A DNA stretch of 64,000 nucleotides, taken from Candidatus Latescibacterota bacterium. GTDB lineage: Bacteria; Latescibacterota; UBA2968; UBA8231. Shown here in pieces: positions 36,746-46,818 of this stretch (positions are counted from its first letter, which is position 1; the number at the start of each line of letters is the position of its first letter). The notes below the pieces were generated by a model. It ran no database searches, was not told the origin of the DNA, and saw only the letters and a program-made list of their open reading frames with translations. The stretch lies in contig OZ242318.1 of NCBI GenBank assembly GCA_965208105.1, positions 288,001 to 352,000 of the forward strand, in the 5' to 3' direction. Position numbers and translations under genes: made by a program.

Positions 36746-37390
36746 ATGAATGGGCTGAGGGCTGTATTCTGCGCCTTCCTGCTGGCTGGCTGCAGCCAGA
36801 ACTACAGCGAGAAACGAGGGGAGGAAGCGCTGCGGGAAAGGGGATTGCAGGTACCGGAGGCTGCCAAGGGCGAGACGGCGCCCGCCCAGTCCCCCGGCGG
36901 CGAGTCGGCAGAGCGCCATAGTCTGGGCGGGATCACCGCGGTGGCGCCCGAGGGCTGGAAGCGGATGGCACCCGCCAGCAGCATGCGTGCGGCGGAGTAC
37001 CACCTCGAAGATGGCGGGAATGGTGGAAATGCGGTGGTGGCGGTGTTCTACTTCGGTCGCAACCAGGGAGGGTCGGTGGAGGCGAATATCGAACGCTGGT
37101 ACGGGCAATTCCTCCAACCCGACGGCAGCGCCACCACAGATCGAGCCCGGCGCTGGGAACGCCAGGTGGGGGGTATGAAGGTGACTCTGGTGGATATAAG
37201 CGGGACCTTCAGCGGGGGTATGGGACCCATGGGGGCGTCCGCTGAGGCCAAACCCGGGCACCGCATGCTCGGGGCCATTCTGGAATCCGCCATCGGTCCT
37301 TTCTTCTTCAAGCTGACCGGCCCTGATGAGATCGTGGAACGGTGGGAAGGCAGCTTCGAGCAGTTCATCGGAAGTATCGAGGCGGAGTAG
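36746..37390 (+). CDS. Hypothetical lipoprotein
   Basis: Lipobox LAGC; PEGW...SSMRAAEY, GGSVEANIERWYGQF and FFKLTGP. Confidence 0.75.
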   Translation: MNGLRAVFCAFLLAGCSQNYSEKRGEEALRERGLQVPEAAKGETAPAQSPGGESAERHSLGGITAVAPEGWKRMAPASSMRAAEYHLEDGGNGGNAVVAVFYFGRNQGGSVEANIERWYGQFLQPDGSATTDRARRWERQVGGMKVTLVDISGTFSGGMGPMGASAEAKPGHRMLGAILESAIGPFFFKLTGPDEIVERWEGSFEQFIGSIEAE

Positions 37391-37464
37391 GCGGAGCGGC
37401 AACTTTCGGAGAGGGAAGTGCTGTCCATGCCAATCATTGCCGTTGCCTCGGAGGAGACGGGCCC

Positions 37465-38307
37465 ATGTACATGCAACTCGAAGACGAATTCGGCGATATC
37501 GTCGGCAAGGCCAGGAGGGGACAGGAGCTCGAGCCGGCGGCCCTTGCCCGGCAGGCCGGGTTGACCCCCGAGGATTTGCGCCGCATCGAGAACTACGAGT
37601 GGACGCCGGAGGATCCCGTGGTCGAAAACCTGGCGCAGGGTCTCGGGCTGCATCCGGGAAAGCTCAAGGTCAGTGCTGCCAGGCGCTATTTTCCCCTTTA
37701 TCCTGCGGGACATCCTCTCGACGAAATGGTGGTGGAGATGATGGTCCTGGGCGAGGATTTCCTGGTGAACGGCTATGTGGTCGGCTGCAGGAAAACGGGA
37801 AAAGGCGCTGTCATCGACCCGGGATTCGATGCGGAGAAGATTCTGAGGACGGTGGAAGCCACGGGTCTGGAGATCGAGCAGGTACTGCTTACCCACGGGC
37901 ACGGAGATCACGTCGGCGCGCTGTCGGAAATCTGCCAGGCCATGGAGGCCCCGGCATTCATCCACGCCGCCGATGTTTCCCTTCTGGGACCCGGGAGGAC
38001 CAAAATCGAAGGGGAGATCGTCGAGGGAAGGATTATCGCCATCGGCCACCAGTCCTTCCTTCCCCTGGCTACTCCAGGCCATACGCCGGGAGGAATCACC
38101 CTCGTCAACGACCAGGTTGCTTTCGTCGGGGATGCGCTCTTCGCCGGGTCGCTGGGGGGCACCCGCAGGCGCTCCGACTACGACCTCCAGCGCAAGGCGG
38201 TGGAAACCGGGATTCTTGATCTTCAGGATCGGGTTGTTCTCTTCCCGGGACACGGGCCGGCGACTACGGTTGGCGAAGAGAAGGCCAACAACCCGTTTTT
38301 CGCCTGA
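37465..38307 (+). CDS. MBL-fold hydrolase (glyoxalase II-like) with N-terminal XRE-like HTH
   Basis: THGHGDH, TPGHTPG, GDALF and PGHG; N-terminal DIVGKARRGQ...LARQAGLTPEDLRRIE; RBS GGAGGAG. Confidence 0.85.
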   Translation: MYMQLEDEFGDIVGKARRGQELEPAALARQAGLTPEDLRRIENYEWTPEDPVVENLAQGLGLHPGKLKVSAARRYFPLYPAGHPLDEMVVEMMVLGEDFLVNGYVVGCRKTGKGAVIDPGFDAEKILRTVEATGLEIEQVLLTHGHGDHVGALSEICQAMEAPAFIHAADVSLLGPGRTKIEGEIVEGRIIAIGHQSFLPLATPGHTPGGITLVNDQVAFVGDALFAGSLGGTRRRSDYDLQRKAVETGILDLQDRVVLFPGHGPATTVGEEKANNPFFA

Positions 38308-39168
38308 TCATCGGACGAGCCGGTCGTTCAGGGTCCAGTCGTAGTCGTTGAAGGAAATGGCCACGTCGGGGTTCTGACGCAGGTATGCCGTCTGCTCGGC
38401 CTTCAGGTAGGGCATCAGGTAGTCGATAAGGGTGGGATCGGCCGGAGGGTCAGCGCGGTCCGCTGGAAACCACTCGACGAAGTCGGAGCCGAACCACAGC
38501 ATGATTTTGGACAGGTGGAGCAGACCCTTGCCGGCATCGATGCGGACCTGCCGTGGATCGCCGGCAAATCTCTGCAGCGCTGCATCGAGTCTGAGGTCGA
38601 GGTCTTCTCCGCGAAAGGCCCTGTCCTCCAGGGGCGGACAACTGACCGCGGCGCAGTTGACGGCAAAGTGGATGCGCGGCTCCCTGTAGCGCTGGCGGAT
38701 TATGCCGTGCTCCAACTCGTCCAGGGTGAGGCTGTCGCCGCCAGCCTGAAAGTACAATCTGGAAAAGAATCCGCTCTCTTCCCCGATGTCCATGACCGTC
38801 GCCACCGGATATTCGTCGATCACTCCCTTCAGTACAAAGGCATTGTAGGCGTTGATCCAATAGGCCAGTTCGTGCCGCGGCGCCGGAAAGCGGTCCGGAT
38901 GACTTCGCGGGCTGAAACTGCCCAGGCTGTCGATGTAGGCGTCCAGTGAATCCCTGTTGGCCTTGAGACCGGTATAGTCCACCCGGCCATCGCGGTCCAC
39001 GTAGGCGCGCAGGACCCCGTCGAAGAGTTCGTGGGAGAATGGCGCGGCCGCCTGGGCCCCGCCGGCGATAACGGCGGGGAGGCCGACACACAGCAGGTGG
39101 AGTGATATTAGCGGTATGGTTGCCAGGCGAACCTTTCCCCTGGGGGATTGAGCCTCGGTGGGTTTCAT
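38308..39168 (-). CDS. DUF547 domain protein (secreted)
   Basis: GRVDY, LAYWINAYNA, EPRIHFAVNCAAVSCPPL, LSKIMLWF and YDWTLND. Confidence 0.9.
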   Translation of the reverse strand: MKPTEAQSPRGKVRLATIPLISLHLLCVGLPAVIAGGAQAAAPFSHELFDGVLRAYVDRDGRVDYTGLKANRDSLDAYIDSLGSFSPRSHPDRFPAPRHELAYWINAYNAFVLKGVIDEYPVATVMDIGEESGFFSRLYFQAGGDSLTLDELEHGIIRQRYREPRIHFAVNCAAVSCPPLEDRAFRGEDLDLRLDAALQRFAGDPRQVRIDAGKGLLHLSKIMLWFGSDFVEWFPADRADPPADPTLIDYLMPYLKAEQTAYLRQNPDVAISFNDYDWTLNDRLVR

Positions 39169-39377
39169 TTTCTGCTCTGCAACAGGTCTCCGGGGCCGGC
39201 CTTGGACTAGTTTGAACTCGGACCGGCCTGGATGCGGCGGACGCCAAACCGGTGGCGGCCCCTTCTACTCTTGCCGACCGGGACCTCACAACACCTGCCG
39301 GGGACCGCGGGCCCATCCGGTCATTCGCTATCAAGATAAACGGGGAGCGCCGGGATTCAAGTCCCGAAGGAGAAAGT

Positions 39378-41693
39378 GTGGATCGGTCGATTATTCTCAA
39401 AGAGGTGACAGAGGGTCCGCTCGAGGGGGTGGACCTGGAAATTCCTCTGGGGCGCCTGGTGTGCTTCGTGGGGCGCCAGGGATCGGGCTGCCGGACCCTG
39501 GCTGTGGACGTTCTCTACCCCGAGAGCCGGCGGCGCTACATGCTGACCCTTTCACCTTTCGAACGCGAAAGTCTGGGTGGTCCCGGAGGGGTTGTGGTGG
39601 AAGGTGTGAGCGGACTGCCGCCTGCCCTGTTCTACGACGGCCTGGGGAGGCGCCCCAGGGAGACGGTGGCTGCCTACCTCCAGGTGGACCAGGCATTGGC
39701 ACAGTTGTTGCATCAACGGGGCGAGGTGGCATGCCTCGAATGCGGTGGAGTGTGCCGCTCCTACAGTGTGGAAGAGGCGGCAGAAGAGGTCCTCCGGGTG
39801 CTGAAGGAGGAACGGGCCCTTTTGCTGGCGCCCTTGTCCCGGGGGGAGGAAACTCCCTGGCCCTCCGTCCTCGTGGAGCTTCAAAAGGCCGGATTTCTGC
39901 GCATCCGCCGCGGGGGAAAGGTGATGAGGCTGGATGAAGGAGGGATTCCAGGGGGCGCCATCCCGGATGAGGCCAGGCTCGAGGTGGTCATAGACCGGCT
40001 TGTCGGGGGGGCAGGCAGGAAAAGCAGGATCATCGAGGCAATCCACAACGCCCGCGCCATCTCCGGGGGACGGACCCTGCTGGTGGGCTCGGATACGGGC
40101 AAGGAGACAGTGCTGAACCAGCAGTTGACCTGCGGCCGATGCGGGACCTCCTGCGGGGACCTGGTTGCCGAAGATTTCTCAGGCTCCGGAAAGGGGCGCG
40201 GGACCCTGGCTCGCCAGGTCTCGATCAATGGCCTTGGCCTCGGGGACCTGGAGCATATGGACCTCGGCAGTATGGCGCGGTTTCTGCGCCGGATCGACGA
40301 TCCCGGCAGCAGGGTGGCCGCGGCCATCACCTCCCTGGAGGAGGGATGCAGCCTGGGCCTGGAATACCTCGCGCTGTCGCGCAGCACGAGGCAGCTTTCC
40401 ACCGGAGAGTGGCAGCGCCTCCTCCTGGCCAACTGCTTGGGCAGTCGGATGACGGGAATCCTCTACATTTTCTCAGCCCCGACCGCCGGGCTCACCGGAC
40501 GCGACATCCTTCTCTGCATCCAGGGACTGCGTCGGCTCGTGGACCGGGGGAACACCGTGGTTGCCGTCGACCATGCGCCGTCCTTGCTGATGGAGGCGGA
40601 CGCAGTCATCGCCTTCGAGGAAGGCCGGGCGAGGAGGTCGAGAGGATCGGGTCTGAAGCGCATGTCCGGGTCACCCATCCGGGAAAAGCCTGGCCGGGCT
40701 GGACCTGAAATATGGATCCGCGGCGGCGCTTTCAGGAACCTGGCTTCCATCGACCTCCACCTGCCGCTGCAGCGTCTGGTCGGGGTTACGGGGCCTTCGG
40801 GGTCGGGAAAGACCACCCTGCTCGACGAGGTGGTGGCCCCGCTCCTGCGCGGAAGGACCGTCCGCGCAGGAGCGGGGAACAAGCGCATCGTGCTCCAGGG
40901 GGCGGACCTGGTACGCAGGGTTACGCAGATCTCGGGACAACGGACCGGCAAGGGCAAACTCCTGCTGGAAGAGCTGCAACTATTCGGCTATCTCGGTAAA
41001 CTCTTTGCCGCCACCCCGGCGGCGCGCCAGCGCAACTGTCCCCCCGAGTGGTTTCTGCTGGACAGGCCCGGGGGGCGCTGCACTGCCTGTGAGGGCAGAG
41101 GTGTTCTGCGCTACGATCTGCACTTCCTGGAGGATGTCTCTCTACCCTGTCCCTCCTGCGGGGGCCGCCGCTACCGCCCGGAGATGCTGGAAATCACCCG
41201 GAATGGCCTGAATATTGCCGATGTCCTGGATTTGTCTGTCGAGCAGGGGAGGCGCCATTTCCACCGCGATGGTCCGACCGCGTCGAGGTTGGCGGCCGCG
41301 CAATCCTGCGGATTGGGTAGTTGCCTCCTGGGGAGATCCAGTGCCCAACTGGAGCGGGGGGAGTTTCTGCGCCTGCAATTGTCCGTTGAGCTGGCCCGGG
41401 CATCTCCCTCGGAGCTGATCCTTCTGGACCACCCGGCAGGTGGGGATCACCCCGGCGATCTGGAGCAGACTGTTCGGGCCCTGGATGCAGTCGTAGCCAG
41501 GGGAGCATCCGTCCTGATGGAAGAGAACCGCCATGAGCTACTGGCTGAGGCCGATTGGCTGATCGCCATGGAAAGGGAAAGTGGAGAGCGAGGCATGGGA
41601 CGAATCGTCGCCGCGGGAACCCCGGAGGATCTGATGGCCGGGCAGGAGGTTGTCCCATCCCCGAGGCGGTCCTCGCGGGGCGATGGGGAATAG
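39378..41693 (+). CDS. UvrA-like ABC protein with degenerate ATPase motifs
   Basis: UvrA architecture (ESRRRY, Zn fingers CLECG/CGRCG/CTAC/CPSC, EVVIDRL, GLEYLAL, VTGPSGSGKTTL, IVAAGTPE) with Walker and signature substitutions; RBS AAGGAG before GTG. Confidence 0.8.
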   Translation: MDRSIILKEVTEGPLEGVDLEIPLGRLVCFVGRQGSGCRTLAVDVLYPESRRRYMLTLSPFERESLGGPGGVVVEGVSGLPPALFYDGLGRRPRETVAAYLQVDQALAQLLHQRGEVACLECGGVCRSYSVEEAAEEVLRVLKEERALLLAPLSRGEETPWPSVLVELQKAGFLRIRRGGKVMRLDEGGIPGGAIPDEARLEVVIDRLVGGAGRKSRIIEAIHNARAISGGRTLLVGSDTGKETVLNQQLTCGRCGTSCGDLVAEDFSGSGKGRGTLARQVSINGLGLGDLEHMDLGSMARFLRRIDDPGSRVAAAITSLEEGCSLGLEYLALSRSTRQLSTGEWQRLLLANCLGSRMTGILYIFSAPTAGLTGRDILLCIQGLRRLVDRGNTVVAVDHAPSLLMEADAVIAFEEGRARRSRGSGLKRMSGSPIREKPGRAGPEIWIRGGAFRNLASIDLHLPLQRLVGVTGPSGSGKTTLLDEVVAPLLRGRTVRAGAGNKRIVLQGADLVRRVTQISGQRTGKGKLLLEELQLFGYLGKLFAATPAARQRNCPPEWFLLDRPGGRCTACEGRGVLRYDLHFLEDVSLPCPSCGGRRYRPEMLEITRNGLNIADVLDLSVEQGRRHFHRDGPTASRLAAAQSCGLGSCLLGRSSAQLERGEFLRLQLSVELARASPSELILLDHPAGGDHPGDLEQTVRALDAVVARGASVLMEENRHELLAEADWLIAMERESGERGMGRIVAAGTPEDLMAGQEVVPSPRRSSRGDGE

Positions 41694-41790
41694 CCGCCGG
41701 GTCAGGGTTGACGAAGTTCACTATAAGTATTTATTTTCTAATGTATATGGAATTGTGCAGCGCCGTTGCGGAAAGGCCGCCAGGAAGCCC

Positions 41791-42258
41791 ATGGGCATTG
41801 AACAGGATCTGCGAAGGCAAAAGGTTTCCCGGCTCGAGCTGAGTGGTTTTGTCACCGTAAAGGTATGGACGCCTGTATTTGAAGTTTTGCGTCTGATGCG
41901 CGAGGAACATGTAAATGCCGTGCTGGTTGAAGGCGATGAGGGGTTGGCCGGCATTTTCACCGAGCGCGACGTGCTCCTCAAGGTGGCTGACGACCCTTCG
42001 ATGTGGAAATTGCCCGTCGGCCGGGTGATGACCCCATCCCCCCAGACGGTTTCTCCAGACACGCCGATAATTGAAGCCTTGCGGCTTATGAATGCAGGCC
42101 ACTACCGCAATCTTCCAGTCATGGACGGAGCGGGCAAAATCGTCGGCAATCTCTCCCAATACGTGGTCGTCCACTTTCTGACCGATCGCTTCCCGCTGGA
42201 AATCTACAATCTTCCCCCCGACCCCGAACTTATCCCTCAAACAAAGGAAGGGGCCTGA
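41791..42258 (+). CDS. CBS domain pair protein
   Basis: LAGIFTERDVL, VMTPSP and YRNLPV. Confidence 0.88.
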   Translation: MGIEQDLRRQKVSRLELSGFVTVKVWTPVFEVLRLMREEHVNAVLVEGDEGLAGIFTERDVLLKVADDPSMWKLPVGRVMTPSPQTVSPDTPIIEALRLMNAGHYRNLPVMDGAGKIVGNLSQYVVVHFLTDRFPLEIYNLPPDPELIPQTKEGA

Positions 42259-42298
42259 TCTTGCGCCTGGCTCCTTGCCCTCAGGAGAACCGGATTTA

Positions 42299-44200
42299 AT
42301 GGCCGCCCTCACGGCCTCATCGCCAGCAGCGAACAGAGCTGAAGACCGAGATCCATCCAGGCAGTCTGCACCCGCGAAAGTCGAAGAACGAGAGTCCGTG
42401 GTCATCCTGTTTTCCGGAGACTCCGGCGATGGCATGCAGCTGACCGGGGACCAGTTCACCAACACTTCTGCCGTTTTTGGCAATGATGTCAGCACCTCTC
42501 CGGATTTTCCCGCCGAGATTCGCGCCCCCGCCGGTACCATTCCCGGATTGAGTGAAATCCAGGTCCATTTTTCTTCCCAGGACCTGTTCACCGCAGGCGA
42601 CGCCCCGGGGGTTCTGGTGGCGATGAACCCGGCCGCCATCAAGGCCAACCTCCACGAACTGGAGCCAGGCGGAATAATCATAGCCAACAGCGACGCCTTC
42701 AGCCGCAGCAATCTCCGCAAGGCCGGTTACGAGGAAAATCCCCTGGAGAACGATGCGCTCAAGGGCTACGAAGTCTACAAGGTGGCTCTGACCAAGCTGA
42801 CCCGCGCTTCCCTCGAGGGGGCAGAGGGACTGAGCAATCAGCAGAAGGATTTGTGCAAGAATGCTTTTGCCCTGGGCTTGACATTCTGGATATTCGACCG
42901 CCCGCTCGAAACCACGCTCAAGTTCTACAGCGAGAAATTCGCTCAGCGTCCGAAGGTGGTCGAGGCCAACACCAAAGCTCTCAAGGCCGGCTATTACTAC
43001 GGCGAAACCTCGGAGATCTTCCAGCGCCGGTTCCAGGTTGCCAGGCGCGAGGCCGTGGCGCCCGGAGTCTATCGCCGCATCAGCGGCAACGAGGCGCTGG
43101 CATTGGGTCTCGTAACGGCAGCGCGCAAGGCGGGCAAGCCGCTGTTCTACGGCAGCTACCCCATTACCCCGGCCTCCGCGGTCCTGGAGGAATTGGCCAC
43201 CCTGAAAAGCTACGACGTTCGCACCTTTCAGGCCGAGGATGAGATCGCCGCCATCGGCTCTGTCATCGGAGCGGCCTTTGGCGGAGCCCTGGCGGCGACC
43301 GCCAGCAGCGGACCGGGCGTCGTCCTCAAGAGCGAGGGGATCAACCTGGCCGTCGTCCTCGAATTGCCCCTGGTGGTCATCGACATCCAGCGCGGCGGTC
43401 CCAGCACCGGCCTGCCGACCAAAACCGAGCAGACCGATTTGTTGGAGGTGCTCTATGGCCGCAACGGCGAAAGCCCCATTCCCGTCCTGGCCCCAGCTAC
43501 TTCAGCCGAGTGCTTCGACATGGCCGTCCAGGCCTTTCGCATTGCGGTGCGCTACATGACCCCCGTTTTTCTGCTTGCCGACGGCTACCTCGCCAACCAT
43601 TCCGAGCCGTGGAAGATCCCCGATCCAGATGAAATCGAGCCCATCGAGGTCGATCATCGGCGCGACCCCGAGGGCTTCCAACCTTACGTTCGGGACCCCG
43701 AGACCTTGTCGCGGCCCTGGGTCATTCCCGGAACCCCCGGTCTCGAGCATCGCATCGGCGGCCTGGGAAAGCAGGACGTGAGCGGCAATGTCTCCTATGC
43801 GCCAGAAGACCACGAAGAGATCGTGCGGATCCGGGCGAAGAAGGTCGAGGGGATAGGGGAATTCATCCCCGATGTCGAAGTATCAGGTCCGGATCACGGC
43901 GATTTGCTGGTCGTCGGCTGGGGTGGCACCTTCGGCGCCATTCACGCAGCGGTGAGACAGGCGCAGCAGGAAGGAAGATCGGTCGCCAGCGCGCATTTGC
44001 GCTACCTGAATCCCTTTCCAAAAAATCTGGGCGAGGTGCTGAGTCGTTACGAGAAGATCCTGGTAGCGGAGTTGAATCTGGGGCAGCTCGCTCTCCTGTT
44101 GAAAGGACATTTCCTGGTTCCCGTAACCTCGCTCAACAAAGTCCAGGGCCAGCCCTTTCAAATCCGGGAGATCGCGGACAAGATCCGGGAGATGCTGTAA
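42299..44200 (+). CDS. korA: 2-oxoacid:ferredoxin oxidoreductase subunit alpha
   Basis: GDSGDGMQLTG, YPITPAS, QAEDEIAA and QRGGPSTGLPTK. Confidence 0.92.
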   Translation: MAALTASSPAANRAEDRDPSRQSAPAKVEERESVVILFSGDSGDGMQLTGDQFTNTSAVFGNDVSTSPDFPAEIRAPAGTIPGLSEIQVHFSSQDLFTAGDAPGVLVAMNPAAIKANLHELEPGGIIIANSDAFSRSNLRKAGYEENPLENDALKGYEVYKVALTKLTRASLEGAEGLSNQQKDLCKNAFALGLTFWIFDRPLETTLKFYSEKFAQRPKVVEANTKALKAGYYYGETSEIFQRRFQVARREAVAPGVYRRISGNEALALGLVTAARKAGKPLFYGSYPITPASAVLEELATLKSYDVRTFQAEDEIAAIGSVIGAAFGGALAATASSGPGVVLKSEGINLAVVLELPLVVIDIQRGGPSTGLPTKTEQTDLLEVLYGRNGESPIPVLAPATSAECFDMAVQAFRIAVRYMTPVFLLADGYLANHSEPWKIPDPDEIEPIEVDHRRDPEGFQPYVRDPETLSRPWVIPGTPGLEHRIGGLGKQDVSGNVSYAPEDHEEIVRIRAKKVEGIGEFIPDVEVSGPDHGDLLVVGWGGTFGAIHAAVRQAQQEGRSVASAHLRYLNPFPKNLGEVLSRYEKILVAELNLGQLALLLKGHFLVPVTSLNKVQGQPFQIREIADKIREML

Positions 44201-44222
44201 CCAACGAGCAAGGAGACCTGCG

Positions 44223-45248
44223 GTGGCCGAAGCGATAGGTGAATACAATCTGACCCGGAAGGATTTCGTTTCCGACCAGGAGGTCCGCTGGTGCCCGGGG
44301 TGTGGAGATTATGCCATTCTCGCCCAGATGCAGAAGGTGCTTCCCGAGATCGGAGTCCCCCGCGAGAAAATCGTTTTTGTCTCGGGGATCGGCTGCTCGA
44401 GCCGCTTCCCCTATTACATGAACACCTACGGCATTCACACGATTCACGGCCGGGCACCGACCATTGCCACCGGGCTCAAAACCATCAATCCCGATTTGAG
44501 CGTTTGGGTCATTACCGGCGACGGAGACGGCCTGTCCATAGGAGGCAACCACCTGCTGCACTGCCTGCGCCGCAATGTCGACGTGAAAATCATTCTGTTC
44601 AACAACCGCATATACGGCCTCACCAAGGGGCAATATTCTCCCACCTCACTGCCGGGCCATCGCACCAGGTCCACGCCCATGGGGTCCTTGGACTATCCCC
44701 TCAAGCCCGTGTCCGTCGCCCTTGGGGCGGAGGCTACCTTCGTCGCCCGCACCCAGGACACCAATACCCACCACCTGAGCACCGTGTTGAAGCGGGCCGC
44801 GACCCACAGGGGAACGGCGTTCGTGGAAATCTACCAGAATTGCGTCGTCTACAACCCCACCGCCTGGGACCATACCACCAACCCGGATGTGAGAGACGAC
44901 AATATCGTTTTCCTCGAGGACGGCAAACCTCTGGTGTTCGGCAAGGAAAGCGACAAGGGGATCCGCTTCAATGGTCTGGAACCGGAGGTCGTGTCGCTGG
45001 GCAATGGAACCAGCGAGGAAGATCTGATCGTCCACAGGGAGGATCTCGAGAACGACAGCTACGCCTACATGATCAGCCGCATGGAATTTCCCCGGTTTCC
45101 CCTGGTTTTCGGGGTCTTGCGGGCGGTCGAGAGGCCTGCTTATACGGACATGGTCAACGAACAGGTCAGGCAGGCACAGGACCGGCTGGGAGAGGGTGAT
45201 CTCGAGGTCCTGTTCCACAGCGGCGATACATGGGAGATCGAGGGGTGA
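44223..45248 (+). CDS. korB: 2-oxoacid:ferredoxin oxidoreductase subunit beta
   Basis: WCPGCGD, SGIGCSSR, TPP motif GDGD...NNRIYGLTKGQYSPT. Confidence 0.92.
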   Translation: MAEAIGEYNLTRKDFVSDQEVRWCPGCGDYAILAQMQKVLPEIGVPREKIVFVSGIGCSSRFPYYMNTYGIHTIHGRAPTIATGLKTINPDLSVWVITGDGDGLSIGGNHLLHCLRRNVDVKIILFNNRIYGLTKGQYSPTSLPGHRTRSTPMGSLDYPLKPVSVALGAEATFVARTQDTNTHHLSTVLKRAATHRGTAFVEIYQNCVVYNPTAWDHTTNPDVRDDNIVFLEDGKPLVFGKESDKGIRFNGLEPEVVSLGNGTSEEDLIVHREDLENDSYAYMISRMEFPRFPLVFGVLRAVERPAYTDMVNEQVRQAQDRLGEGDLEVLFHSGDTWEIEG

Positions 45249-45300
45249 AGGTTCTCGCCGGCGGCATTCTGGTTCGATATTGCAGGGGACGGGGACCCCG

Positions 45301-45822
45301 GTGAATTGTCCTGCCTGTGGTTACGACAATTTCTCCGGAGTGGATATCTGCGAGGATTGCGGCCAGAGCCTCGTTCAGGACTACCTCTCCGATTCGGAGG
45401 AGGGGTGGCACAGGATTTTTGCCGAGCCGCTATCCGTTCTCAATCCCAGGAAACCGGTGTGTGTGACCAGGGACGCGACCGTCGCCGAAGTCATCACCCT
45501 GCTCAAGGGCAAGAACGTCGGATTCGTCCTTGTGGTCGGAGATGAAGGGAAGCTCGTGGGGATTTTCACCGAGCGCGACGTGCTCTACCGGGTGGCCGGC
45601 CTCATCGAAAACCTGAAGGACATTCTGGTGGAGAGTTTGATGACGCCGAGGCCGACCAGCCTCAAAGCCTCGATGCCCATATCGCACGCGCTGCACTTGA
45701 TGGGCCTGCATGGATTTCGCCACGTTCCCCTTGTCGATGAAGACGACCGGCCCCTCAGCTCCATCGCCTTCCGGGACATTGTCCAGTTCATAGAAAAGAA
45801 CTTCTCTTCACAGACTGCCTGA
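45301..45822 (+). CDS. Zinc-ribbon + CBS domain protein
   Basis: N-terminal CPACG...CEDCG; LVGIFTERDVL, LMTPRP and FRHVP. Confidence 0.85.
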   Translation: MNCPACGYDNFSGVDICEDCGQSLVQDYLSDSEEGWHRIFAEPLSVLNPRKPVCVTRDATVAEVITLLKGKNVGFVLVVGDEGKLVGIFTERDVLYRVAGLIENLKDILVESLMTPRPTSLKASMPISHALHLMGLHGFRHVPLVDEDDRPLSSIAFRDIVQFIEKNFSSQTA

Positions 45823-45905
45823 TCGGACGATCCCTTGGGGACCTGTGCCGTGAGGGCCGGCCCGAAGACTTCTGTCAGCATCCTTCTGGAAAGGTAGGCT
45901 GCTTC

Positions 45906-46394
45906 ATGCTCTCTGGAATGACGTCCACACGGATCGGGTTTCTCGCAATGATGATAGCTGTCTTTGCGCGGGAGCCCGTCGAAGCCAGGATCGAGAGCGG
46001 CGATCTGAACATGCATCGAGCTGTTCTGGAGGGGGAGTGGCTGCAGTTGAAACTCGGGATGATGGGGTTGCGGTTGAGCTACCCGGCCTATCGCATAAAT
46101 CTGGAGTTGGACGATAAAAACACCATTGTGTTCACCTTCCTCAGCAGCAGTGGACTATCCGAGCATCTCGTCAAGGTGGGGCCGGTCGAAGCCGAACAGA
46201 TGCTCAAGTACCATGCGGAAGGAATCCGCCATCAGGTCGAGCAGCTTGTCAAGAATGAATTCCCCAACCTGTGGACCAGCTATGATCCCGAGAGTGATTT
46301 CAAAGGGGAATTCCTGGTTCCGGCCGAGGATCTCGAGACCGGACCGCGGCAACTGGCATACTGGAAAAACGACAGGCTCTACTGGAGTCCCTAG
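45906..46394 (+). CDS. Hypothetical secreted protein
   Basis: 162 aa ORF with a signal-peptide-like N terminus. Confidence 0.6.
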   Translation: MLSGMTSTRIGFLAMMIAVFAREPVEARIESGDLNMHRAVLEGEWLQLKLGMMGLRLSYPAYRINLELDDKNTIVFTFLSSSGLSEHLVKVGPVEAEQMLKYHAEGIRHQVEQLVKNEFPNLWTSYDPESDFKGEFLVPAEDLETGPRQLAYWKNDRLYWSP

Positions 46395-46578
46395 TGCCCC
46401 TTCCCGGAGATAGGTTGACGAAATAAGGCCGTCGAGGCGGCCGGCTCACAAGGCGCCTGGGCGAGTCGTACCAGTAGTGTACGGCGAGTGAAGGCAACGC
46501 CGTGAGCGGGGATGGATCGGCGGAATAATGGCGACAAATTTCTGCGAGGGGGCAGGCACCAGTGGTTGAGGGGGCGGT

Positions 46579-46806
46579 TCACTCGGGGTCGCGGGACGAG
46601 GAATCCCTGTTCAAAGATTCGTTGAGGTGGATGAGTTTGTCGATGGCCGATTCCTCGGTGGTCACCAACCATCCCCTGACCATTTTCCCCAGGACCAGGA
46701 TTTCCTTCGGCACCGCCTCTACAACCTTTGAATACCGAGTGTGGCGCTCGCGGTTGATGCAGAAAAAGGTGTGCCGTCGGGTCGTTCCCTTTTCGACCAT
46801 ATCCAT
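46579..46806 (-). CDS. Small hypothetical protein downstream of hemE
   Basis: RBS AAGGAGG; 12 bp after the hemE stop; 75 aa. Confidence 0.55.
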   Translation of the reverse strand: MDMVEKGTTRRHTFFCINRERHTRYSKVVEAVPKEILVLGKMVRGWLVTTEESAIDKLIHLNESLNRDSSSRDPE

Positions 46807-46818
46807 GGCTTGCCTCCT

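Noticed and set aside
46395-46578. tRNA or structured RNA between convergent genes
   Set aside because: No cloverleaf, T-loop GTTC or CCA pattern; only a short GC stem.
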